Source of the DNA: the human T2T-CHM13v2.0 reference genome, Homo sapiens
Length of the DNA stretch: 64,000 nucleotides
Assembly: GCF_009914755.1 (NCBI RefSeq)
Contig: NC_060939.1
Strand: one strand, 5' to 3'
Under the pieces are notes generated by a model, which did not search any database, had not been told where the DNA came from, and saw only the letters and a list, made by a program, of their open reading frames with translations. Position numbers and translations under genes: made by a program. Below are positions 1 to 13,703 of the stretch, in pieces (position 1 is the first letter of the stretch; every line of letters begins with the position of its first letter).

Positions 1-304
1 GGAAACATCAGTTCTTAAATACTATGACACACCACAACTGACAGAGACTGAAGGCACAGGTGCTATATCTCTGTGCCTAGGAACCTAGACAAATAGCAGC
101 AGATCTAAGGGTTGATACTGAATTGCTTATACATTTGCAGAAAAAAATTAACAGATTAATAGAAAATGATCATTTTTGTTTGTTTTCTAATATGATCAAT
201 GGAGACATGCAATTCAATATTTACTATCCACCTACTATGGGCAAGGACTGTAAAGAGGAGTAAAACACAATCCCTGCCTTCGAAAACTTAAAAACTCAAA
301 TAGG

Positions 305-616
<312 letters not shown>

Positions 617-904
617 ATTCAGGGGAGGTGTGGTAAGTGTATATATATATAACAATTCAATAATAAAATTTTAGAACCAAAATTCAGTTGAGGAAAAACA
701 CACTTTTCAAGAATGTTTTATATACTTATTTAAAACCAGGCTTCTCATAGCATCAATATTAAAGAAAAGGATTTAAATCAAATCCATGAAATACATAGCA
801 AGAAATGAGACACACTGAAACACAAACTTAAAAAAAATCTTGTTGATTGGAAGGAATGGGGAAGTAAAGTAGCAAAGTGTTGAATAGCATAGTTTTTGAC
901 ATCA

Positions 905-1100
905 AAGAGAATCAAGTTCAAGCTCCCAGTTGAATTTACTATTCATGTGATCTTGGGTGAGTCCAGGGATCATCACCTACTAGAAGGAATAATAATGCCT
1001 ACAGCACAGAGTTGTCATATTAAAGAAGATAATTCCTGTAGTAAAGTATTTAATAGCATAGTGCCCAACACACAGTCAACTAATAATATTAATAAATATC
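905..1100 (+). mobile_element. MIR SINE relic
   Basis: GTGATCTTGGGTGAGTC...GGAATAATAATGCCTAC...AGCATAGTGCCCAACACACAGT resembles the MIR core and 3' end. Confidence 0.65.
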
Positions 1101-1684
1101 AATAAATATTAACTTAGCCACAAAAGGTCCAATGTGTTAGTTAAACTACAACAGCTGACACAGAAAGCAGGAGCCTTTTATTTACAGAACTCCCTATCTC
1201 TAATTCCTAAAGATAAAACTTAGAAAAGGCTGGTTGATCTTTATCTTCTTGAGTGTTTTCTCTCAATAAGGGCTGTAGTGATCACAGGCCACCACACAGT
1301 GAAGGGCATTCAGCATCAAAAGTGTAACCAGAGGAGAGCCCAGGCAAACAACCTGAATTCCACTCCATTTACTGCTTGCTGAGCAACTACTATACACAAA
1401 ATACCCTGCTTAGGATCTAAAATTACCCAATTGAAAACTTTCCTTGCTAGCCCTCTAGAAAGGCACATGTTCTACAAGGACATAACTTTAACCTGTGACA
1501 AGTTTTGATAAGCAGTTATTTTCTGGTGAAACCATGGATTAAATGTACCTCCTCTGCATTTGGTAAGATGATACATTATAAACAAAAATTTCTTAACAAT
1601 TAATCCATGTTTCTTCTCAACAATACAAATTTGTTTCTGGTCTTCAGGCCAATTAATTTCCTTGGCATTTACAACAACAACAAT

Positions 1685-1908
1685 AACAATAAGGATTAAC
1701 CTTTTGTTAAGTGCACAGTATGTGCCAGAGACTGTGTGTTAGGTGATTTACATTTTTGCTAATCCCTAGAGCAATTTACAGATGCAGAATCTGAGATGTT
1801 AAATGACCTGCCTGAGGTAACACTGTCAGTAGTAGCAGAATCCAGATGAATTGAATGCAGGCCAGCCTGGCTCCAGGATCTGTGCTCTTATCGCTGTACC
1901 ACACTGGT
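1685..1908 (-). mobile_element. MIR SINE relic
   Basis: TATGTGCCAG...TTTACAGATGCAGAATCTGAG...GTTAAATGACCTGCCTGAGGTAACAC is the reverse MIR core. Confidence 0.75.
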
Positions 1909-2498
1909 ATTGTGCTACAGGCACTGAAGTGTGCTTTTTATTGTATCCTTGCTTCTTACATGGATTGTTTTATTTTAAAATGCTAAGAAAATGTACTAAT
2001 TACCCAAATAATGAAGGTTTACTGTAGAAAAGTTGGAAAAGAAGGAAGAGCAAAAAGAAAACAAATTAAGTCTCAAATAATCTACCATCCAGAAAGGGCT
2101 AGTATTTTGTGTCTTTACCTCCCAAAACTTTTTCTTTCCATACTTATTTGAATTTGTATCTTTTACAAAAAAATCGGCTCATACTGCATATACTCTTTTC
2201 TAACTTGCTTCTTAAAAAGTTAATAAACATTTTTCCATATCAATAAAAATACATCTCTATTACATTTTGATGGCTGCATAATATTCCACAATATGGATGC
2301 ACCATGATTTGTCAAATTTGTTTCCAGTTACTAGACTGACTGCTTTCAATGTTATGGCTAAAATAAACATCATAATCAATATCTACTTACATTTTTGTTT
2401 ATTAGATCATTAACTTTTAAGAAAATTACTGGAGGTAAAAATAAAGGGCCAAAAGTATGCATTTTTTTAAAGATGTTTAATTCTTTGGAAAGGCTGTA

Positions 2499-2855
2499 CA
2501 AACTGAGAATCCCTCTGAAAATCTGAAACTTGAACTGCTCCACAATTTGAAACTTTTTGAGCACTGACATGATGCTACAAATGAAAAATTCCACAGCTGA
2601 CCTTATGTGACAGGTCTCAGTCAAAACACAGTGAAAATTTTGTTTTGTACATAAAATTATTTAAAACATTGTATAAAATTACCTTCAGGATATTTGAATA
2701 AAGTGTCTATGAAACACAAATAAATTTCATTTTTAGATTTGGGTACCATCCCCAAGAATACATATATTACATATATGCATATATTCAAAATCTGAAAAAT
2801 TTTGAAATGCTAGGCACTTCTGGTCCCAAGCATTTCAGATGAGAGATACTCCATG
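2499..2855. mobile_element. Tigger4b/MER46-type TcMar-Tigger non-autonomous DNA transposon
   Basis: GAAACTTTTTGAGCACTGACATGATG, AAAATTCCACAGCTGACCTTATGTGACAGGTC and CCCAAGCATTTCAGATGAGAGATACTC; flanked by TA on both sides. Confidence 0.75.
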
Positions 2856-3218
2856 TAAACACTCTTCAGCATAATATGAAAGTGTCCCTCTCCACATCTT
2901 TGCCAACATTGGTGCTTTGGCGTTTGCCAATATGATAGGTGAAAATGACATCGTATTTTAGTTTTTATTTCCTTAAGTACAAGTTGGGATAAACTTTTTT
3001 TTCATGGTTACTGATCACTTGCATTTTTCACTAATGAATTACCTAGTGGAGTCATGTCAGACGCATGTTTAATTTGATTGCATACACTCAGCAACATAAT
3101 AACCTGTATGTAATTAAAATTACACTTTGCATACATTTCCATTATTATATATAATATATAAAAATATATATAATATATATGAATTACATTTTACATTTAT
3201 TATATAAATATATATATA

Positions 3219-3457
3219 ACATATATATATTACTCTAAAGGATTATATAAAAACCCCATACAATATAGATATTATTAGAAATTTAGGAGATTTTTCCTTA
3301 ACTTTGAAAATTCTCCATTTGTCAGTTTATATAATAAATATATATAATAACACATATATATATTACTCTAAAGGATTATATAAAAACCCCATACAATATA
3401 GATATTATTAGAAATTTAGGAGATTTTTCCTTAACTTTGAAAATTCTCCATTTGTCA
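3219..3457. repeat. Tandem duplication with 133-bp period; 106-bp identical cores at 3219-3324 and 3352-3457
   Basis: Direct comparison: TACTCTAAAGGATTATATAAAAACCCC...TTCTCCATTTGTCA occurs twice without mismatch, each copy preceded by AT-rich low-complexity DNA. Confidence 0.95.
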
Positions 3458-3770
3458 TTTTATACTCTAATTCAGAATATTTATGAAAAAGATATGCCTT
3501 ACTAAGTTTTACAAAAAGATGTGCCTCTATTGTATTAAACTCCCAATTCATTTTTGGGGTACTTTTTTCTAACTTATTTGTAAGAGTTCTTTACATATCA
3601 AAAATATTAACCCCTACTTAGTCACATGTTTATTGTGAATAATTCCCCTCAGTTTGTCATTTTTATTTTAACTTTGTTTATGATACTTCTTGCCATACAG
3701 AAAATTTAACTTTTTAATAGTTATATATATCTGTGTTTTTCATCCCTGACATCATGCTCTGAAAGACTGC

Positions 3771-4109
3771 TATATTAGTTCGTTTTCACGCTGCTAATAA
3801 AGACATACCCAAGACTGGGCAGTTTACAAAAGAAAGAGGTTTAATTGGAATTATAGTTCCACATGGCTGGGGAGGCCTCACAATCATGGTGGAAGGCAAG
3901 GAGGAGCAAGTCACCTCTTACATGGATGGCAGCAAGCAAAGAGAGCTTGTGCAGGAAAACTCCCCCTTATAATAACCATCAGATCTTGTGAGACTTACTA
4001 TCATGGGAAACACCTGCCCCCATGATTCAATTACTTCCCACTGGGTCCCTCCCACAACATGTGGGAATTCAAGATGAGATTTGGGTGGGGACACAGCCAA
4101 CCCATAACA
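3771..4109 (-). mobile_element. THE1A-like solo LTR (ERVL-MaLR)
   Basis: TTCACGCTGCTAATAAAGACATACCC...GAGGAGCAAGTCAC...ATGAGATTTGGGTGGGGACACAGCCAA is the reverse complement of a THE1 LTR. Confidence 0.9.
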
Positions 4110-5039
4110 ATTTCTTAAACTTAAAATTCCATAACTAATATATTATATCCTACTAATTTTGTTCTTTTATTTCTTACACTAAAATTTTTAATTCATTAGG
4201 AATCAAATGACATAATCCATTTTGTTTTCTCCCATTTGAAATGTCATCTTTATTTTCAAATTAATTTTATGTAAATTTTGGTATGTGCCTATACTGTCTC
4301 TTCTGTTCCACTGACAGGCACCTTCATTTCAGTGCCTGTTTAAAGCTATCTTAATTACCATAGCTTTATAATATGTATTAATTAAAGTAGGACAAATATC
4401 TTAACTGCTCTTTTAAAAATCTTAGGCTACATTAGCACATTTATTCTTCAAAGTAAAACTTAGAGTACTTTTTGTCAGGCTTCTCCTCAAAATCTTCTTT
4501 TAAGATTCTGATGTGTAGATTGAGAAAAATTGTAATCTTTACAATATAGCCCTCCATTTTTTTCAAGTTTTCTTTTATGTTCCACAATTTCATTTGTAAT
4601 TTACTCCAAATAGAAAATGAGCATTCCCTTTTAAAATTATTTGATATTATACACTTTATTGTGATTTTATCTTTTTATTACATTCTTTTATTGCTGATTA
4701 AAAAAGCTATTGATACTTGCATATTGATTTTGTAACCTAATAAACTCATTGTTTTGAGTAGTTTTTGTTTGATTCTTTTTATTTCATTTTGTTCTTTGTT
4801 CAGGTAGGCAATTATACCATTTACTAGTTATTTTAATTTTTTCTCCTTTCTGGTACTTACACTTCCAATTTTATTTTTTATTTTTTTCCTTTCCTGCATT
4901 GACTAGAATTTCCAGATAATTTTGAGAAAAGCTGAGAAACTGTAGCTCCTTATTTATAGGGAGACTAGGGGTTCCTTATCCGATATGATACTAGGTATTA
5001 TTTAAGGTATACAGTGTGAGGCTTTGATATGTGAGTGGG

Positions 5040-8000
5040 CGTGTGTGTGTGCGTGCTTGCATGTGTGCATGCATGGTGAGAACATTTAAGATCTACTCTG
5101 TGATGGTTAATTCTAGGTGTCAAATTGACTGGGTTAAGGAATGCCCAGATAGCTGGTAATACATTATTTCTGGGTATGGTTGTAAGGGTAGACATTAGCA
5201 TTTGAATCAGTCAACTGAGTAAAGGAATTCCACCCTCATCAATGTGAGCTGTCATCATCCCATCTGTTGAGGGCCCTGACAGAATGAAAAGGCAGAGAAT
5301 GGGCAAATTCTCCATTCTTGAGCTGGGACATCATTTTCTCCTGACCTTGTATATCAGAACTGCTGATTCTTGGGCCTTCAAACTCCAAGACTTACACCAA
5401 TCCCCCAAAACCCCCAAGTTCCAGTTCTCAGGCCTTACATGTTGAACTGGGAGTTACACCATGGGCTCCCCTGGTTCTCCGGCCTTTGGAATTGAACTGA
5501 ATTATGCCATCACTTTCCTGTTTCTCCAACTTGCAGATGGTATATCATGGGGCTTCTCAGCCTCCATAATTGCACAAGCCAATTCACACAATAAATTTCC
5601 TCCTATATATATATCTCTCTATATCCTATTGGTTCTGTTTCTCTGGAGAATCCTGACTGATACATACTCTCTTAGTGAATTTCAAGTGTACAATACAGGA
5701 TTACTAACTACAGTTACCATGCTGTACATTAGATCTCCAAACTTACTCATTCAGCATAACTGAAACATTGTACCCATTTCTCCCAGCCCATGGCAATCAC
5801 TAATCTACCCTCTGCTTCTAGGAGTTTAACTCTTTTAGTATCCACATATGAGACCATGCAATATTTGTTTTTCTGTACTTGGCTTATTTCACCTAGCATA
5901 ATGTCTTCCAGCTTCATCCATGTTGTCACAAATGACAGGATTTTCTTCTTTTTTAGTGCTGATTAATACACACATTGTAAGTTTGTATGTACAATCATTT
6001 TCTTTATTCATCTGTCAATAGATACTTAGTTTGATTCCACATCTTGGCCATTGTGAATAATGCTGCAATGAACATGGGAATGCAGATATTTCTTTGACAT
6101 ACTGATTTCATTTCCTTTGGATATATTCCCAGAAATGAGATTGCTGTATCACATGATAGTTCTATTTTTAATTTTTCTGAGGAACCTTCATACTATTTTC
6201 CATAATGGCTATACCAATTTACATTCCCACCAACATTGTGTCAGGGCTCCCTTTTCTCCACATCTTTGTCATCCCTTAACTCTTCTCTTTTGATAATAGC
6301 TGTCCTAACAGGTGTGAGGTAGTATCTCATTGTGGTTTTGATTTACATTTGCCTGATGATTAGTGACACTGAGAATTTTTTCATATACCAATTGGCCATT
6401 TGTATGTCTTCTTTGGAAAAATGTCTATTCCAGTTTTTGCCCATTTTTCTATTGGGTTATGTGTTTTCTTGCTATTGAGTTGTTTGAGTTCCTTAAACAC
6501 TTCGGATATTATCTCATCAGCTGTGTGGTTTGCAGATATTTTCTCCAATTCCTATAGGCTGTATATTCACTCTGTTGATTGTTTCCTTTGCTATACAGAA
6601 CCTGTTTAGTTTGATGCAATTCCATCTGTCTATTTTTGCTTTTGGTCCTTATGTTTTGGAGTCATATACAAAAAAATCATTGTCCAGACCAATGTCAAAA
6701 AGATCTTTCCCTATCTTTTCTTCTAGTAGTTTTACAGTTTCAGCTCTAATGTTTAAGTATTTAATTCATTTTTAGCTGCTTTTTGTATATGTTATGAGAC
6801 ATAGTTCAATTTCACTTTTGTGCATCTGGAGTTCAGTTTTTGCAACACCATTTATTGAAGACACTATATTTTCCTCATTGTGTGTTCTTGCACCCTTGTT
6901 GAGGATTAATTGACTGTAAGTGCATAGATTTATTTCTAGGTTCTCTATTCTATTTCATTAGTCTATATGTCTGTTTTTGTGCCAGTATTATACTGTTTTG
7001 ATTACTATAGCTTTGTAGTATATTTTTAAAACAGTCAATATGGTGGCTTCAGCTTTGTTCTTCTTGCTCCATATTGCTTTGGCTATTTGGAATCTTTTGT
7101 GGTACCATATAATTTTAGGATTGTTTTTTCTATTTCTAAGAAAAATAACGTTGGAATTTTGATAAGGATTGCAATGAATCCATGGATTGCTTTAGGTAGT
7201 ATGGACATTTTAACAATATTAATACTTCCAATCCATGAACACAGTATATCTTCCCATTTATTTGTGATTTTGTCAACTTCTTTCATCCATGTTCTACAGT
7301 TTTTTAGTGTACAGATCCTTTGCCTACTTGGTTTATTTTTTTCCTAAGTATTTTATTGTTTTAGATGCTATGGGATTGTTTTCTTAATTTCTTTCTCTGT
7401 TCCTTGTTAATATATAGAAACACAACTGATTTTTGTATGTTGATTTTGCATTCTGCAACTTTACTGAATTTGTTTACTAGTTCTAAAAGTTTCTTGGTGG
7501 TGTTTTCGATATATAAGATCACAAGTTTTGTACATATAAGATTATGTCATCTACAGAGAAATTTTTACTTCTTTCTTTTTGATTTGAATCTCTTTTATTT
7601 CTTTTTCTTGCCTAATTGCTCTGGCTAAGATTTCCAGTACTAGGTTGAATAGAAGTGGTGAGAGTGAGTTTCTTGTCTTGCCCTAATCTTGGAGGAAAAG
7701 CTTTTAACTTTTCACTGTTGAGTATTATGTTAGCTATAAGCTTGTCATATATGGCCTTTATTATGTCAACATATGTTCCTTCAAATACTTCTTCTTTATC
7801 TACTGAGATGATCATATGATTTTTATTCTTCATTCTGTTAATGTTGTATGTCACATTTATTGATTTACATGTGTTGAACCATCCTTGCATGCCAAGGATA
7901 AATCCCACTTGATCAGGATGTGATCCTTTCAATGTGCTGTTCAATTTAGACTATTTGTATTTTACTGAGGGATTTTTGCATCTGTGTTCACCAGGCATAT

Positions 8001-8520
8001 TAGCTTGTAATTTTTTTCTTGCAATTTCCTTGTCTGGCTTTGGTATCAGGGTAATGTTGACTTCATAAGATGAGTTTGGAAGTGTTCCCTTCTCTTCCAT
8101 TTTTTGCAAAAGTTTGAGAAGGACTAGTGTTAATTCTTCCTTAAGTGTTTACTAGAATTCACCAGTGAAGCCCTTAGGTCCTAGACTTTTCTTGTTCAGA
8201 AGTTTTTAATGACTGATTCAATCTCCTTACCGGTTATTTGTCTGTTCAGGTTTTCTACCTCTTCATGGTTCACTCTTGGTAGGTTATATGTTTCTAGGAA
8301 TTCATCTCTTTCTTTTAGGTTATTTAATTTATTGGCACAAAATTGCTCATAGCAGTCTCTTATAATCTTTTGTATTTCTGTGGTATCAGTTGCAATGTCT
8401 CCTCTTTCACTTATAATTTTATTTACTTGAGTCTTTTCTTAGTCTAGCTGAAGGTTTGTCAATTTTGTTCCTTTTCAAAAAACCTACCCTTAGTTTAATT
8501 GAACTTTTCTATTATTTTTC
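5040..8520 (-). mobile_element. 5'-truncated, decayed L1 (L1MA class): 3' part of ORF2 plus 3'UTR, interrupted by MLT2
   Basis: ORF2 peptide remnants [38 protein letters not shown] and WMKLEDIMLGEISQ; L1MA 3' end GGTGAGAACATTTAAGATCTACTC; many stops and frameshifts. Confidence 0.9.
5099..5664 (+). mobile_element. MLT2 (ERVL) solo LTR nested in the L1 3'UTR, 5-bp TSD TACTC
   Basis: TGTGATGGTTAAT start and CTGACTGATACA end; TACTC at 5094-5098 and 5665-5669; L1 sequence resumes after the element. Confidence 0.9.
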
Positions 8521-9702
8521 TTCAGTTGAGAGAATTTGTGATTTTTTTCCCTCTTATACTCTTGACTATCACTTTTATTTTATTTGTACTTGATCTTTCT
8601 TAAGTAAGAATACCTATCTGTTGGTCCTCCATTCTCTGTTGTTCATATCATCACTTTCCTTCTCCTTTTCTTTCTATCTTTCTATCCTTCTCTGGACCAT
8701 CATGGGAGATTTATTCAAATGTCTTCTTCCATCACGTTCTGATTTTCTACAGGATCAGTTCTGTTCTTGACTGTTCTCAATGAGTATTTTAATCTTGCTC
8801 TTGTGCCTTTAGCTTCCTTACAATCTTCTTTCATCTTCTTCTGTTTGCTTTTTATCTTCTTCTGTCCTTTACCTCATCATTTTACTTTCTATTTCATATT
8901 TTTGCCTTCTGATAGAGGCCTTGTTTTCTTGTAATACAGTATTCTGATGATCTTTTCTGGATCTTGAATTGGAGCATCCTCAGGTGTGTTATTTGCTTTA
9001 TTCTGATTAGATGTAGCACTTAGAAAACTGAAATTCACAGTCCGCACTGCCAATATTTTTTCCCTTCTATGTCCCACTTCCCACACTGGCTTTCTTATAA
9101 GGATTGTATTTATTAGAATGCCCTGCACCACTGTTAACATCCCCCTACTTTCTGTTCATTTGCTTCCTGAGAATTTCAATATCTGTTTGTTATAGAAAGG
9201 TCACAGTTGAAGTGTCGGGAAAATGATAATCTCTCAAAGCAGTTCCCAAGAGCCAGAGAGGGGTTTCTGCTCAGATTTCTGGTTGGCACAATTCCTGGTT
9301 CACTAGGTCAGCAGGCAGATGGTGACAGAGTTGTGAAGCATATTCTTACCTCTCACCATACTAATTCTTTTATTCAATAAAGAGGTATGGTATGCTATGA
9401 GTGGAAGCCCTACATGCCTTATAAATAGGACCTATTTCTCCCAGATTCCATTGGTATTAGTTTCTAGCGCCACTGTAATTTTTTATTATTTCTTGTGTTT
9501 TCATGGGCATTGAGAGATAAATTATACTGGAAACTGCTAGTCAGATCAATTTTGATATGGTTCTTGTTGACCTAGGTTTTCACATAATTTTATTTGGGGG
9601 ATGATCAAGTCCTCCTTTTCATTAGCAAAAATTAACCACTTTTGTAATCTTAGGTTTCATACCTCTCCCTAGTTAAACATAATCTTGCCTTCTGTATTCA
9701 GC

Positions 9703-10370
9703 TGTAGCATCCAGGTTAGCCTTTATTTAGCCAAAGTCTTTCAGCTCCGAACTTTCTCTTTAGTACTCTGCTTTCAGATGCTGAAACTGGGATACTACAA
9801 ACTGCATTTCGCCTTTGCCCCAGGCTTCCTGTTAGACACTGCAATTAGGGAGCACTAGAGGAAGACTGGAAGGCAGGAGGAGGGAAAAAGAACTTGCTCC
9901 TTCCTGTGCTCTTAATGTTCCACCCACATTGCCTCAGCAATGGTACTTTACTCTGGCAGCTACACAGTTGGTTCCGGCTTCCAGCTTCCTTCAGTGCTCC
10001 CAGAGTCAACTTCATTACTCTCACGGGTATCACAAGTAGTCTGGCAGTTCTCTCCTCAGAGATCTGAGGCCCAGCTCCTGAGGTATCAATCCCAGCACTA
10101 GCTGGGTGGCTTCCTTTCTCAGAGGACCGAGTCCCAACTCCACAAGGCTCCTCCTCTGGCCTTCTAGGATCTGCTGACCCCCACCTTTTCCTTTTGTCCT
10201 CTCAGCCCTAGAGAAGGTAACGGCTTTCAAAAGCGTTATCTTGTTTCCATTGTGTTCTGTTTTGCTTTTTAAGATTACTAATGTCCCTTTCACCAAATGC
10301 CTATGTTGAATGCTCTCTGTGAAAATAACTAGTGTGATTTCTGTTTTCTGACTGGACTGTAACTATTACA
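9703..10370 (+). mobile_element. LTR33-like ERVL solo LTR
   Basis: GGCTTCCTGTTAG...AGGGAGCACTAGAGGAAGACTGGAAGGCAGGAGG and AAATAACTAGTGTGATTTCTGTTTTCTGACTGGAC...TACA end. Confidence 0.7.
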
Positions 10371-10588
10371 CAGGATGCTTTCACAAAATATCTGTGAGCA
10401 TAAACATTTCAGGAAGCCAGGCCAAGGGGTGTGTGGAAGGTATGCTTGGAGATATGCTTGATGATGGTAAAGTGTGTACCCCAAGATTTAGATAAGAAAA
10501 TAAAACTTTCTGGACTACAGTACTGCCAGATCACTCAGTGTGGGGTGGGGTGTGTGTGGTAGAGAGTACACACAAGGAAATGGGAGAT

Positions 10589-10888
10589 GGTCAGGTGCCA
10601 CGGCTCACAGCTATAATCCCAGAACTTTGGGAGGCCAAGGCGGGTGGATCACTCAAATCCAGGAGTTTGAGATGAGCCTGGGCAACATGGCAAAACCCTG
10701 TCTCTACAAAAAGTACAAAAATTAGCCAGGCATGGTGGTACATGCCTGTAGTCGCAGCTACTTGGGAGGCTAAGGCAAGAGGATCATTTGAACCTGGTAT
10801 GCAGAGGTTGCAGTGAGCCAAGATTGTGCCTCTGCACTCCAGTGTGGGCAACGGAGCAAGACCCTGTCTCAAAAAAAAAAAAAAAAAA
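10589..10888 (+). mobile_element. Alu, full length (AluJ-like)
   Basis: Dimeric Alu with GGGCAACATGGCAAAACCC and a poly(A) tail. Confidence 0.92.
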
Positions 10889-11471
10889 TTGTAGATTTCA
10901 AAGGTAAACTTCTAAAACTTAGAAATTTTACCTGCAGCAAGCCCTTCTTGGGGTGAAATGACACTGGTTGTAAACTTTTCAAAGGGAAGTCAGAATCAGG
11001 TTGGAGTTCTTAAGAAGAGCAGTGTCTTTCATGGGCTGGGGTGAAATTATGATAAAATGAACTGGCTAAATAAATGGTCACTGAAAATGAGACCAACTCT
11101 ATCATAAGACACTTAATAACATCATAACACTTTGATGGCAAAGAAAAGGCATGTCAGCTGAGGGGCTGAAAGTCCCTTAGTTCCTTTTCTGTTCACAGGG
11201 ATCATCTTCATCTGATCTAAATGAATCTCAGCTATGACCAGTTTTTTTTTTTTTAAACACTTGATTCAGTCACCAAACTGACCACTGGGATTAAATCAAA
11301 GAAGACGTAACACTCAGTTTCAATGTTGAGAATACTGTTTGCATTGAACATCAGATCTATACAAAATTTTGGTTCAGCTCTTTTACAATTTTTGATAGGT
11401 ATAATATTTTACTTTAGAAATGCTCATTCATGTCACTGGAACAACATTTTAGACTCTTAAAAATGCCACAG

Positions 11472-11715
11472 AGTTGCAGTTATGCAGGATGAAAAAGTCT
11501 AGAGATCTAATGAGGACTATAGTTAATCATGTTGGATTGTATACTGGAAATTTGCCAGGAGTAGATTTGAGGTTCTCTTACCACAAAAACAAAGCAAAAA
11601 TAAGAAAAGAAAGGCAACTATATGAGATGATGGATATAACAATTTGCTTGACTGCACTAATCACTATATATATGTGTATCAAAACATCATGTCATATACC
11701 TTGTATATAATAAAG
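11472..11715 (+). mobile_element. L1M (L1MB-like) 3'UTR fragment
   Basis: GTTGCAGTTATGCAGGATGAAAAAGTCTAGAGATCTAATG...TATCAAAACATCATGTCATATACC. Confidence 0.75.
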
Positions 11716-13332
11716 CTTTTTTTAAAGGCCAAATACTTATTATTATCCAAATGAGTCACATCAGATTCTTTTTTGAGGGGAGGAAACTTTATCCTTTGGG
11801 GAACCCCAAATCAGTATGTTTTCCTTGTTTATCTATTTCTTAATTGTATTCCAAATACGAGTTCAGAGACAATGAATGTTAGCTGACATTCCTGTCACTT
11901 GGCTTGATAAACCCTTCAGACACAGCAAAAATATTGTTATTTCTTACAAGGGTCCTCTCTAGACAATTGCTATGACTTTACTTGTTATAATAGATAACAG
12001 TCCTGAGGAAAATAGTTTGCCTTGGCCCAGGATAGAATACCTTAAGGCACACTGCATAAGTCATTACATAGTGGATTTGTAGAAAGAAGGAAAAGATTTA
12101 TTAAAGCAGAAATTTACAATAAATACCCATTAGCTATGGAAATATCTTAAAACAATAACCATCAACCATTCTTTCATAGGAAGATAACTCTTTTCTGTCT
12201 CTTCAATTCAATGAGATGTTCAAGATTTGGCAGTTCCCCCAAACAATAATTTGCATTCATCTAAGAATTTCTGAAGCATTTTAAGAGGGTTAATTCATTA
12301 TCTTTTATAATATAACCAAAACTTACTTATTACTAGATCATCTTATCCCTTCTGCATGGAACAAGACACGAAAGTAACATACAGAGGAAAATCTTGCATT
12401 AAGAAATGAAAAAAGGCTAGCAAGAAAAAAGGATGGGGTCCTGTTTTGTAGATATTGAGATCCACCAGTGATTACAAAGACAGCCAGCTTCTATAAACAC
12501 ATCTTTAATTAATCCTTTAACTGTCAGACTTCAAAACACCACCATTAAAATAATATTTCTTCTTATCTTCAGTGCTTGACATTTCCTTCATTTGCTGACT
12601 CATTAACCATCAGAAAACATGCTAAACACAAAGAGTCATGTTCTTTGAGAGTTAACAAGTCAGGACAGAACTAGAGAGGTTAAGTGACCAGTTAGACAAT
12701 TTGGAGGAAGAACCAAACTAAAGCTCATGGTTTTCCTGTAAATTTTCAGCCCAGTGGGATTTCTGCTTGCACTGCCACTGCCCAGCTGCCACCTTATCAT
12801 GCAAGTGACCTAACTCTGTCATTTATATGCTCATGACAGTATTCGCGTTTGAAAATACAAGAGGTTTAGGTTTGGTGTAGGTTCGGCTTGGGAGGGTAGT
12901 AATATTTGCCTTCAGGACTTCTTCTTTCAGCTTCAATTCCCTTGCATACTCGTGTGGACTTCTAGTCACACAGGGTCAGCTCGGACTACAACTGCCTTAG
13001 GCCCAGATATGGTCTCTGCCCAAGGTTCCTTTACTTCTCCCAAGCCATCAAAACTCTTCCCTAAGATCTTCTCTTTGAAAATGAATGTTAACATTGGTCC
13101 AATCACATAAATATAGCTACTATTACAACTCTAGCAGTGATACTGCACTTCTATTACTACGGGCTAACTCATGTTTACAGAACTATGTGCCACATTTCAC
13201 ATAATGGAATAGCTTAATTGTTGGTTTACCAGCACTTATTTGGCAGTTGCCAGATGTTTGTTGACCATTACATGACAGTTGTTTCTGTAGTGTAAGTACA
13301 GTGTAGCAACATGCCAGCTTACTTGTTGGTAG

Positions 13333-13703
<371 letters not shown>

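Noticed and set aside
5747-7944. ORFs resembling reverse transcriptase / L1 ORF2
   Set aside because: Short fragments of a decayed, truncated L1 with stops and frameshifts.
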